NCBI GenBank assembly: GCA_964398355.1
Contig: CAYNMM010000082.1
Span: forward strand, 711 to 64,710
Direction: 5' to 3'
Source: an uncultured bacterium
Lineage (GTDB): Bacteria; Hydrothermota; Hydrothermia; B15-G9; WFZT01
DNA length: 64,000 nt
The notes under the pieces are model-generated. The model ran no database searches and was not told the origin of the DNA. It worked only from the letters and a program-made list of their open reading frames with translations. Position numbers and translations under genes: made by a program. Of the stretch, positions 40,449 to 48,775 are shown one piece after another; position 1 is the first letter of the stretch, and every line of letters begins with the position of its first letter.

Positions 40449-40511
40449 GGGACAAGAAGGAAGGGGTTGGGCGTCGCCTCTGGCGACGCCCAACCCCTTC
40501 CTTCTTGTCCC
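40449..40511. repeat. 30-bp perfect inverted repeat with a 3-nt loop between convergent genes. It may be a bidirectional terminator or a palindromic element.
   Basis: GGGACAAGAAGGAAGGGGTTGGGCGTCGCC-tct-GGCGACGCCCAACCCCTTCCTTCTTGTCCC has exactly complementary arms. Confidence 0.8.
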
Positions 40512-40531
40512 CTGAGTTTCTCCCTCTCTTT

Positions 40532-42253
40532 TTACGCTACCTCTTCCTCTTCGGCTGCTGGAGCCGATAGGTACTTTCCAAGTGCAATTATTGCCTCTAT
40601 GATCATCCAGATCTCGAGTAAGAAAACGATTACTCCGATCGTAAGGAGCAACGTGTTGTGCGTCCTCGCAAACTTTTCAATATTCAAAATCATTGCCCAT
40701 CCAGTCATGAAGATCATGAATACCATTGGTAATGCGGCAAACCAGATGGGTTTTTTCAAACGAGCAAGATAAACCGTTGCGACAAGAAGTGCGAGTCCTG
40801 CAAGGAGCTGGTTAACTGTTCCAAAGAGTGGCCAGAGGATCAGAGCGCCTTTTCCACCCTTCTGAGCAAAAGCCAGCAGGAATGCAGTGAATACGGCCAG
40901 GAATGTAGCAATCCACCTGTTTGCAAGAGCTGGAATGCCGAGGTCGGTGAAGAATTCACCAATAACGTATCTCTGAATACGGGTCGCGGTATCCAGGGTT
41001 GTTCCTGCAAAGGAAACCAGGAATACGGCCATAATGGTCATTCCAATAACATGTGGAATTCCAAAAGAATGCATCAAATTGGCTGAGCCTGTGATAACAG
41101 CCCCCAGTTTTGCAGATAGCCCCTTTGCAGCCTGCCAGCTTGAGTAGTGAGCATGCCAGGCCGCATATCCTGTAAGTATTTGTCCTCCCTTTGTGACATA
41201 CCTCAATCCTATAGCGGCGGTAGTGGCAACAATTACAAGTACAGAAAGTGAACCCTCCATTAACATACCACCATAACCAACGAATAGAGCATCAGGCTCT
41301 TTGTCTATTTGCTTTGAGGATGTTCCGGAGCTAACAAGAGAATGAAATCCTGAAATTGCACCACATGCAATCACCACAAACAGGAATGGCCAGATCGGAG
41401 GAGCACCTGCAGCATGAAGATTTGTAGCAGGAGCAACGATCTTTGGGTGCGCAACTATTGTGCCGATAAAGAGTAAAGCCATAGCAATCAACAACTCATG
41501 AGCGTTGATATAATCTCTTGGCTGGAGTAATGTCCATACCGGGAGTGTAGATGCAATAAACGCATATATCAAAAGGATTATGAGCCATGTTTCAATGGCA
41601 TTAAGACCAAAAAGACCAGGTAACTTGAGGGGCCAGTACGCACCAATTATAACCGTGACGTACATCAATATGACAGCGATGATAGAAACTGTATTTAGAT
41701 TGCTGCCTTTCCGGTAAATTGAGTAGCCAGCCCAGATGGCAATAGGAATTTCCATCCAGACCGGAAATACTGACTGTGGATACTTCGCAAAAAGAATACC
41801 CATTATGAGAGCGAAAATTGCAATAACGATCCATAGTTCGAAGAAGATGATCAACAGGAACAAATATCTCGTTCTTGAATTTATGAGATTCGCCGTAAGC
41901 TCACCGATGGAAACACCTTTATTCCTCATGGATGCGACGAGTGCAGAGAAATCATGCACACCGCCGAGGAATATCGGTCCAAGAGCTACCCATAATGCAG
42001 CTGGTACCCAGCCCCATATAACTGCTATTGCCGGTCCGACTATTGGTCCCAGTCCGGCAATTGATGTAAAATGATGACCGAACAGGACCTCTTTTTTCGC
42101 CGGCATATAGTCAATGTCATCTCTTAACTCGTGGGCAGGTGTCACCCTGTTGGGATCCAGCTTGAATATCTTGTTAGCCAGATACTTCCCATACGTATGA
42201 TAGGCAATTAGATAAGCTGCAAATACAATTACGGCTAACAATAAAGAGTTCAT
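40532..42253 (-). CDS. cstA: Carbon starvation protein A (CstA family peptide/pyruvate transporter)
   Basis: MNSLLLAVIVFAAYLIAYHTYGKYLANKIF N-terminus and a multi-pass CstA-like topology; 573 aa. Confidence 0.85.
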   Translation of the reverse strand: MNSLLLAVIVFAAYLIAYHTYGKYLANKIFKLDPNRVTPAHELRDDIDYMPAKKEVLFGHHFTSIAGLGPIVGPAIAVIWGWVPAALWVALGPIFLGGVHDFSALVASMRNKGVSIGELTANLINSRTRYLFLLIIFFELWIVIAIFALIMGILFAKYPQSVFPVWMEIPIAIWAGYSIYRKGSNLNTVSIIAVILMYVTVIIGAYWPLKLPGLFGLNAIETWLIILLIYAFIASTLPVWTLLQPRDYINAHELLIAMALLFIGTIVAHPKIVAPATNLHAAGAPPIWPFLFVVIACGAISGFHSLVSSGTSSKQIDKEPDALFVGYGGMLMEGSLSVLVIVATTAAIGLRYVTKGGQILTGYAAWHAHYSSWQAAKGLSAKLGAVITGSANLMHSFGIPHVIGMTIMAVFLVSFAGTTLDTATRIQRYVIGEFFTDLGIPALANRWIATFLAVFTAFLLAFAQKGGKGALILWPLFGTVNQLLAGLALLVATVYLARLKKPIWFAALPMVFMIFMTGWAMILNIEKFARTHNTLLLTIGVIVFLLEIWMIIEAIIALGKYLSAPAAEEEEVA

Positions 42254-42284
42254 GATAAAACCTCCTTATTTGTTTTAACCCATC

Positions 42285-42623
42285 CTAACACGGATCCTGC
42301 ATAATTGATCTATCTGCCACCTCCTCCAATTTTCTAACAGCCACCTTATAATTGGGAGTTTCAAGCTGTTTTCTCATCTGCTGAGCAAATTCTTTTGGAT
42401 TCTGTGAGATCATAATTTCGACATGATTCTTTTCCGCCTCTTCATAAACTTTTTGTGTGGGCTCTTTCTTTACAATCGCAATCCCCCTCTCGAGTTTAAA
42501 CCTCTTTATAAGTTTTCCGAATTCCCACACATCAAAGATTCCAAGGGCATCCCCATAAGCAATTAATACTCTATGATCCCCTTCTATCTTCTCCTTCTTT
42601 TTAAAAAGTCCCATTTCTATCAC
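42285..42623 (-). CDS. Small conserved hypothetical protein, paralogue 1 (upstream of cstA)
   Basis: 112 aa, roughly 35% identical over its full length to the adjacent ORF 42667-43041 (shared FKKK, VLIxYxD, NPxxFAxxMxK, DP motifs). Confidence 0.55.
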   Translation of the reverse strand: MIEMGLFKKKEKIEGDHRVLIAYGDALGIFDVWEFGKLIKRFKLERGIAIVKKEPTQKVYEEAEKNHVEIMISQNPKEFAQQMRKQLETPNYKVAVRKLEEVADRSIMQDPC

Positions 42624-42666
42624 CTGCCTTATTCTAAAAATCGTACACTGGTCTTGTCAAGTTTTT

Positions 42667-43041
42667 TTACATAGGGTCCATAGTAAAATTTCTTTCACTT
42701 ATATCCTCTATGCTTTTGACGACGCTTCTTATACCTTTTCTTTCAAATTCTTTCTTCATTAATTTTGCAAATGACCTGGGATTTTCATGAACATGAAGCT
42801 CCACTTCTTTCAATATGGCCTGCTTTTCTACAATTTTGTTTGGTTTTTCCCTGATTACAAGAATGGTTTTTCTCAGGCCCCATCGTTTCCTCAACTTCTC
42901 AATGTCCCAGATATCTCTCACCCCTCCCCTGTCTGCATAGATAATCAGTACACTATCCCAGTAGTTATAGCGTTTCTTCTTTTTAAATTTCGGTAAGTGT
43001 ACAAAAATTTCCATCAGTATAATTATTAAAAAACAATGCAT
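42667..43041 (-). CDS. Small conserved hypothetical protein, paralogue 2 (an alternative start at the MEIF Met, 43014, is possible)
   Basis: Homologous to the 42285-42623 product. It is in tandem and on the same strand as cstA. Confidence 0.5.
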   Translation of the reverse strand: MHCFLIIILMEIFVHLPKFKKKKRYNYWDSVLIIYADRGGVRDIWDIEKLRKRWGLRKTILVIREKPNKIVEKQAILKEVELHVHENPRSFAKLMKKEFERKGIRSVVKSIEDISERNFTMDPM

Positions 43042-43164
43042 TCATAGTCAAGGATTTTTTAGAGGTTGTTCGAAAAATATTTTGCCGGTGATCATTTTCC
43101 CCTTTCACTTAGTAAAAAAACTTCATATTGCCACTCCCGCTTCCAGGAAGATCTACCCACAGCG

Positions 43165-43360
43165 TCACCTCCCACAAAGTGGGAGAGATTACATCCAATT
43201 TCCTCTCCCGCTTGTAAGAAGGGATTGAGGGAAGGGTATTAAGAGGAAAATTTTTGCTTCTCTCTGTAAAATCTGCCATTTTTGACCCCTCCCCAGTTCT
43301 CCCCCCGCAAAGCTTTGCGGGGGAGGACGTTATTTTGTTCATCTCATTCAAGTGCAAAGA
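43165..43360 (+). repeat. Intergenic structured element A: hairpins each followed by a T-rich conserved tail. It is related to the element at 61545-61675.
   Basis: Hairpin ctcccac-aaa-gtgggag (43169-43185). Hairpin TTTCCTCT...AGAGGAAA (43199-43249) followed by ATTTTTGCTTCTCTC. A 20-nt perfect palindrome CCCCGCAAAGCTTTGCGGGG (43303-43322) followed by GAGGACGTTATTTTGTTCATCTCATTCAAGTGCAAAGA. Confidence 0.5.
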
Positions 43361-43625
43361 TATACAAATCTTGAATATTCATACATCATCCTGAAAGACA
43401 TGATTGATGTTAGGTGTGGGAGATGGTTAAAAAATTACATTCTTCCTTTACCCTCTAAATCGATTTTTCCAACAACCCTCAGGAGGACTTTTTAAGATGC
43501 ATTTAAACAGAGAACTCACGTGTCAATTACTGACCTTCCTGCTCAGTATTTCGATAGATTTGTTTATAGTGGAGTTAATCAGGACAAATGTAAATTCAGA
43601 AAGAATTCTCTATAATTCTAAAACT

Positions 43626-44519
43626 ATGAAGTGTAAAATCTGCGGTAGAAAAGCCGTTGTTAAACTTCGTTCTTATAATTTATCTTTATGCGAAGAGCAC
43701 TACGTGGAATTTGTGAAAAGAAGAGTTGAGAAAGCTATTAAAAAGTTCAAAATGTTTAAAAAGGATGATAGAGTACTTGTGGCTGTGTCAGGTGGGAAAG
43801 ATTCTATTGTTCTGTGGCATGTTCTCAACTCACTCGGATATAACACAACAGGATATTTCCTGAATCTTGGTATTGGAGATTTTTCTGAAAAATCTCAGGC
43901 AATCACAGAGGAATTCGCGGGGAAATTTGGTCTTCAGCTAAAAATTGAATATTTGAAGGACGAGCTTGGAGTCGGCATACCCGAAATTGCAAAAGTTTCT
44001 AAAGGGAAACCGTGTTCAACATGTGGAATGATAAAGCGATACATGATTAATAGGGCGGGTCTCAGTTTTGACGTTGTTGCCACAGGGCACAATCTTGATG
44101 ATGAATCATCGGTGCTCTTTGGAAACATACTCCATTGGCAGGTTGAATATCTTGATAGACAGAGTCCGGTATTACCGAAGGATAGAACACTGGCAAGGAA
44201 AGTTAAACCCTTAATTTTGTTAACCAATTTCGAAATAAAATTTTATGCAGATTTATTGGGCCTTCCTTACATTGGAGAAAAATGTCCCTTCTCTTCTGGT
44301 GCAACAACTTTTTTCTACAAGGCTATTCTTGATGAAATCGAGGAAAAGATGCCCGGGGCAAAGATTAGATTCCTTCTTGGTTTCTTTGAAAATAAAAAAG
44401 GTTTTAATACACCCAAAAAAGAACTAAAACCATGTATAAAATGTGGCTATCTTACGACTGCGGGAGTTTGCTCTTTTTGTAGGTTGAAAGAGAGAATATC
44501 TCAGTTCATCTTGCGCTGA
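43626..44519 (+). CDS. ttuA: PP-loop ATP pyrophosphatase of the TtuA/Ncs6/TtcA family (tRNA thiolation enzyme) with N- and C-terminal zinc ribbons
   Basis: N-terminal CKICGRK...CEEH zinc finger, PP-loop SGGKDS (LVAVSGGKDSIVLWH) and C-terminal CIKCGY...CSFC. I placed the start at MKCKICG, not at the ORF-track ATG at 43497. Confidence 0.7.
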   Translation: MKCKICGRKAVVKLRSYNLSLCEEHYVEFVKRRVEKAIKKFKMFKKDDRVLVAVSGGKDSIVLWHVLNSLGYNTTGYFLNLGIGDFSEKSQAITEEFAGKFGLQLKIEYLKDELGVGIPEIAKVSKGKPCSTCGMIKRYMINRAGLSFDVVATGHNLDDESSVLFGNILHWQVEYLDRQSPVLPKDRTLARKVKPLILLTNFEIKFYADLLGLPYIGEKCPFSSGATTFFYKAILDEIEEKMPGAKIRFLLGFFENKKGFNTPKKELKPCIKCGYLTTAGVCSFCRLKERISQFILR

Positions 44520-44935
44520 CAATCAGGGCAGATGCCATAGAATACAATGTTGTATCCCTGAACTTTGAATCCTTTGCTTTCCCCCTGTGTCAAATGCATT
44601 TCAGGAATTGGCTTATCCACATCAACTATTCTTCCACACATCGTACAGACGAGGTGGATGTGGGGTTTTGTAAATGGATCGTAATGTGCCTTACCGCCTA
44701 TAACTTCGAGCTTTAAGATTCCACCAATTTTGTGTAAAAGCTCAAGAGTGTTATACACAGTAGCAAGTGAAATATCCGGCATTGATTTTTTTACTTTGTT
44801 GTAAACATCTTCGGCTGTTGGATGAGAAGTGTCATCATGTAGGGCTTCTATAATCGCCCGCCTTTGAGGCGTCATTTTAAATCCTCTTCTCTTCAATTCC
44901 TTTATTCTTTCTTCTATGGTTATCATAGTAATCAC
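44501..44935 (-). CDS. fur: Fur family transcriptional regulator (Fur/Zur/PerR)
   Basis: Winged-helix N-terminus (RRAIIEALHDDTSHPTAEDVYNKV) and a C-terminal metal site (HxHLVCTMCGRIVDV...CPDC); 144 aa. Confidence 0.85.
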   Translation of the reverse strand: MITMITIEERIKELKRRGFKMTPQRRAIIEALHDDTSHPTAEDVYNKVKKSMPDISLATVYNTLELLHKIGGILKLEVIGGKAHYDPFTKPHIHLVCTMCGRIVDVDKPIPEMHLTQGESKGFKVQGYNIVFYGICPDCQRKMN

Positions 44936-45407
44936 CTCTTATAAAATTTTGGCTGGAAATATTCTAAACTAAAAATTATATAAAATCAACTTTCGGTTGA
45001 AAACTCTAAAAATTAAATTACAAATAAAAGTCGAATCTCTGTGCCGGCTACCATTTAAATAATCTATCTTCTGGCTTCTGGATTTGCCGGCTACTTCTAA
45101 ACTTGATAAATTATAAAGCTGAAAATGAGAATTTCATGAAAAAATTATCAAGTATTTTATGGATTTGAAATCAGATTTGCGTGAATAAAGTCAAGGACTA
45201 TGGTGAAGCAAAATTGTGATGATTGTTTTTAATATGAACTTTCTATGAGATATGATTTTTTGTGGGGGTCGGATGCTTTTTCAATTTAAAAAAACTTTTT
45301 TAATGTAGTGACCACTTCTGGAATTTAATGCCAGGGTTTGATTGATAGTTTACAGAAAAGTGAATAAAATTTTTCCAATAATAAAAATCTCACGATGAGG
45401 GAGGATC

Positions 45408-45893
45408 ATGAGTAAGACGAAAAAAGTGGCATATTCTGTAGTTTTGACAGCGCTTGCGGTTGTATTGTCACCGATTTTTATACCAGTTGGAGTATCCAAG
45501 GTATTCCCTGCTCAGCACATGGTTAATGTAATTGCCGGTGTTATAGTAGGTCCCTGGTATGCTATGACTATCGCTGGAGCTGCTGGATTAATCAGAAACA
45601 TACTTGGTACAGGTACAATTTTCGCCTTTCCTGGAGGGATGATAGGAGCATTTCTGGCAGGTTACGCATATAAACTTACAAAAAACATCATAATTGCAGC
45701 TCTCGGAGAAATTGTTGGTACAGGCCTCATCGGAGCTACTGTAAGTGCTCTTGTTGTTGGCCCTGTATTCCTGCATAAGAGCATGGCACTTGCTACTTTC
45801 ATCGTTGCTTTTTCCATGTCTACCATAGCCGGTTCCGTGATCGGTGTTGTTGTTCTCTATTTGCTCAGGAAAGCGGGTGTTGCTATTGAATGA
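45408..45893 (+). CDS. Small polytopic membrane protein, probably the substrate-specific (S) component of an ECF transporter (ThiW/QueT-like size)
   Basis: 161 aa with 5-6 transmembrane helices, Gly-rich (FAFPGGMIGAFLAGY). It lies immediately upstream of, and overlaps, a tandem-ABC ECF ATPase gene. Confidence 0.5.
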   Translation: MSKTKKVAYSVVLTALAVVLSPIFIPVGVSKVFPAQHMVNVIAGVIVGPWYAMTIAGAAGLIRNILGTGTIFAFPGGMIGAFLAGYAYKLTKNIIIAALGEIVGTGLIGATVSALVVGPVFLHKSMALATFIVAFSMSTIAGSVIGVVVLYLLRKAGVAIE

Positions 45894-47422
45894 TAATTTT
45901 TAAAAATGTTTCGTTTACCTACAAGAAGTCCCCGGAACCTGTCTTAGAAAATTTAGGAGAACAGATTACCTCAAATCTTGTAATTACAGGACCAAGTGGA
46001 AGTGGAAAATCGACTATCCTCAGATTGATAAATGGCCTTATTCCCCATTTTTACGAGGGGAAATTTACAGGTGATGTAGTTGTAGCAGGTAGAAATACAA
46101 AAGAGCTGACTACATGTGAATTATTTAAACTCGCCGGTTATGTCCATCAAAATGCAGACGCTCAGATATTCAACGATAACATTGAGAATGAAATAATCTT
46201 CACTCTGGAAAATGCAGGATTATCCCCGGATGTTATTGAAGAGAGATTACAATGGGTAATTGAAGAATTCGGACTTAATAGTATACTCAAGAAACGAACT
46301 CATGAGTTATCAGGTGGAGAAAAGAGAATTGTGACACTCGCTTCGGCAATTTCTCTAAGGCCATCGATAATTTTACTCGATGAGCCTTTCTCGACCCTTG
46401 ATGGCCTTTATCGGGAAAAACTCATGAAACTACTTCAAAGAATGGACGATACCCTGATCGTTCTCACTGAGCATAGAATCGATGGAGTGGAAAAATTCGC
46501 AAAGAAATTCATGTTCATTAAAGATAGTGTTAATCGTATTGTCACAGATAACCTTCTTAAAATAAATTTTGCAAATTTTAGAGTAAGGGAACCGGAGCTA
46601 TTAAGACTCTCCAAGTTGGCTGGATTCAATAAAATCCCTGATTTAAACGTCTTAATAAAAAAACTTCTGGATATGTCGTATTCACCTGAATTTGTTTATC
46701 CCTTGTATCATGGAGAAAAAATTCTCTCTCTTTACGATGTTTCTTTCAATTACAATCATTCATTTTCCCTTGAAAAAATCAACATAGAGCTTCATAGGGG
46801 AGAAGTTGTCACCTTGCTTGGTCCAAATGGAGCAGGTAAGACGACAGTTATGAAACTCATGGCAGGAATTAAAACGCCTCACAAGGGGATTATTACCCGT
46901 AATGAACTTACGGGGTTTGTACCGCAAAATCCCCAGGATATCTTCTTTAAATCGAGTGTTGCAGAAGAAATCAGAGTGAATTTAAGAGGAGGAGATACAT
47001 GGATAGAAAAAATAATCCATCTATTTGGTCTTGAGAAATTACTTCACAGGTCTCCATTTTTACTATCGGAGGGTGAGAAGAAGAGAGTTGCCATGGCCGC
47101 TATTCTGGCTATGAAACCAGGTATTTTGTTGCTCGATGAACCAACTATTGGACAGGATGGAGAAACTATTCGAGCCATGGAAGATATCATTACCACCCTC
47201 TCGAAGGAGGGTGTTACTGTTGTGGTGTCAACCCATGATCTCGAATTTGCAAGGAAAATTTCGGGAAGATGGTTACTTATGAGAAATGGAAGAATTGTAA
47301 GTGAAGTAAATCCAGTAGATGTAACTCAAAGGGATCTCGAAATTTTTGAAGAATTACATCTCGATCCCGGGATATCACTTCGTATACAGGCCCTAAGAAA
47401 TGACAGTAGATCCAAGAGCTAA
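45890..47422 (+). CDS. ECF transporter ATPase with two fused ABC domains (EcfA-EcfA')
   Basis: Two Walker A motifs (GPSGSGKST; GPNGAGKTT), two LSGGE signatures and two Walker B/D-loop regions; 510 aa. Confidence 0.85.
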   Translation: MIIFKNVSFTYKKSPEPVLENLGEQITSNLVITGPSGSGKSTILRLINGLIPHFYEGKFTGDVVVAGRNTKELTTCELFKLAGYVHQNADAQIFNDNIENEIIFTLENAGLSPDVIEERLQWVIEEFGLNSILKKRTHELSGGEKRIVTLASAISLRPSIILLDEPFSTLDGLYREKLMKLLQRMDDTLIVLTEHRIDGVEKFAKKFMFIKDSVNRIVTDNLLKINFANFRVREPELLRLSKLAGFNKIPDLNVLIKKLLDMSYSPEFVYPLYHGEKILSLYDVSFNYNHSFSLEKINIELHRGEVVTLLGPNGAGKTTVMKLMAGIKTPHKGIITRNELTGFVPQNPQDIFFKSSVAEEIRVNLRGGDTWIEKIIHLFGLEKLLHRSPFLLSEGEKKRVAMAAILAMKPGILLLDEPTIGQDGETIRAMEDIITTLSKEGVTVVVSTHDLEFARKISGRWLLMRNGRIVSEVNPVDVTQRDLEIFEELHLDPGISLRIQALRNDSRSKS

Positions 47423-48041
47423 AATACTCATTTTGATTCTGGCAGATTTCCTTATCATTGCTAAGAATTTTGTTTACTTTCATGTAGCTCTGTTTGTTGT
47501 ACTAATTACAATTGATTTAATAATAGGCCAAAGGAAATTTTTGAAATTTTTCAAGGGTTTTGCTCCAATGATGCTCACCGTTTTTCTTATTGGATGGATT
47601 TTTATTTCTCAAAAAGAGGGGGTCATTTTAACCTTGAGATTTGGAGAGCTTGTTCTATCTGCTTTTGTATTCTTCCAAACAACCACAGTTGATGAGATGT
47701 CAAAGGCATTGCTTGCATTGAAGTTGCCATACAGTTTTGTCTTTATTTTTTCTTCTTCAGTGAGATACGTTGAATTGATTTCCGTAAAGTTTAGAGAGAT
47801 AAAGGAAGCTCAAAAGGCACGAGGAATCGACGTGAAACTCAGAAATTTCCATTCTATACTTTTACCACTTGTTGTTGGTATATTTGTTCTGGCTGAAGAT
47901 CTTGCTGAAGCACTGGAATCTCGCGGATTCACGTGTAAAAAGAGGACAATTTATAGACCTCTAACATGGAGATTTGGGGATACTTTAATAAGTGTAGGAG
48001 TCCTATTACTTTTTATTGTTTTGATGATTGTAGTTAAATGA
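47400..48041 (+). CDS. ECF transporter transmembrane (T) component (EcfT/CbiQ family)
   Basis: 213 aa with 4-5 transmembrane helices and an ARG-containing coupling region (AQKARGIDV), downstream of the EcfAA' gene. Confidence 0.7.
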   Translation: MTVDPRAKILILILADFLIIAKNFVYFHVALFVVLITIDLIIGQRKFLKFFKGFAPMMLTVFLIGWIFISQKEGVILTLRFGELVLSAFVFFQTTTVDEMSKALLALKLPYSFVFIFSSSVRYVELISVKFREIKEAQKARGIDVKLRNFHSILLPLVVGIFVLAEDLAEALESRGFTCKKRTIYRPLTWRFGDTLISVGVLLLFIVLMIVVK

Positions 48042-48774
48042 AGTTAAGGAGTTCCTTTATATTGGGGATTTTTATAGCACCGGGATATTCTTTATTACCA
48101 AGAAGGAATGATTTGTCGGCAAGTTCAAACATAGGGAAATCGTTTTCTCCATCACCTGCAGCGTATACCTCGATATTCGGGAATTTTTTTCTATAGAAAT
48201 TAAGAAGTGTCTCCATTCCTTTGCCTTTGTTTGTTTTTCCAAGAACTGCTACAAACCTGCTACCCATCTGACAGGTTAATCCTTTCTCCCTCAAAACATC
48301 CTGAAATCCTATGTTTTTATATCTGAATATAGTTTCTGAATATTCGCGTTTCATAGCGAGTTCAGCGAGTTTTTTGTTCATACCGAGAAAATTCATAACC
48401 TCTTCAAGTGTAGAGTTTGCATAGTATTTCAAGCCAAAGGTTTTTTCGATAGCTTTCAGATGTTTTACAATCGTTTTGTATGGAGTTCCCAGTTCTAAAA
48501 CATGGTATTCATCGCGTTTCAAAGAATTTATATCATCAAAATATTCAGCAGGGATATAAACTGCACTTCCATTTTCAACGATAAAGGGTGTATTAAGTCC
48601 AAATATTTTTCGGTAATATTCCTGTTCGAATCTGGTCTTGGATGAATTGAGAATCACTTCTACCGCCTGTTTTTTTAGTTCCTCAATAACATAAAGGCCA
48701 TCCTGGTAATTATAATCTTCATCTACGAGGGTTTTGTCTATGTCAAAAAAGATAATTTTCTTCAGCCCTGTCAT
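48034..48774 (-). CDS. mpgP: Mannosyl-3-phosphoglycerate phosphatase (HAD-IIB, YedP/MpgP family)
   Basis: HAD motif I IIFFDIDKTLVDE and a C-terminal GDGENDFPMF motif. It lies immediately downstream of the mpgS-like gene. I placed the start at MTGLKK to avoid a 70-nt overlap. Confidence 0.65.
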   Translation of the reverse strand: MTGLKKIIFFDIDKTLVDEDYNYQDGLYVIEELKKQAVEVILNSSKTRFEQEYYRKIFGLNTPFIVENGSAVYIPAEYFDDINSLKRDEYHVLELGTPYKTIVKHLKAIEKTFGLKYYANSTLEEVMNFLGMNKKLAELAMKREYSETIFRYKNIGFQDVLREKGLTCQMGSRFVAVLGKTNKGKGMETLLNFYRKKFPNIEVYAAGDGENDFPMFELADKSFLLGNKEYPGAIKIPNIKELLNFI

Positions 48775-48775
48775 T

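Noticed and set aside
40299-40772. Two ORFs (64 aa on the minus strand, 101 aa on the plus strand) beginning MGVARGDAQPLPSCP / MGVASGDAQPLPSCP
   Set aside because: Both are translations of the two arms of the 30-bp perfect palindrome, hence the near-identical peptides. They overlap the real genes cstA and pgm, so they are artefacts of the inverted repeat.
43109-43357. 82-aa minus-strand ORF (MHLNEMNKITSSPAKLCGG...)
   Set aside because: It lies entirely within the hairpin-rich intergenic element, reads straight through a 20-nt palindrome, and resembles no protein family. The open frame is most likely spurious.
43497-43625. N-terminal 43-aa extension of the TtuA-like gene (MHLNRELTCQLLTFLL...)
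   Set aside because: TtuA/Ncs6 proteins start at the CxxC zinc finger (MKCKICG). The extension is hydrophobic and has no counterpart in the family. It is probably non-coding leader sequence.
45240-45407. Possible TPP riboswitch upstream of the ECF S-component gene (CTGGAATTTAATGCCAGGG resembles the pyrimidine-sensor CUGG-AUA-AUGCCAG helix)
   Set aside because: The obligatory CUGAGA box and the GGGG-UGC P2/J2-3 elements are not present in the correct order. This is probably chance similarity. A covariance search would settle it.
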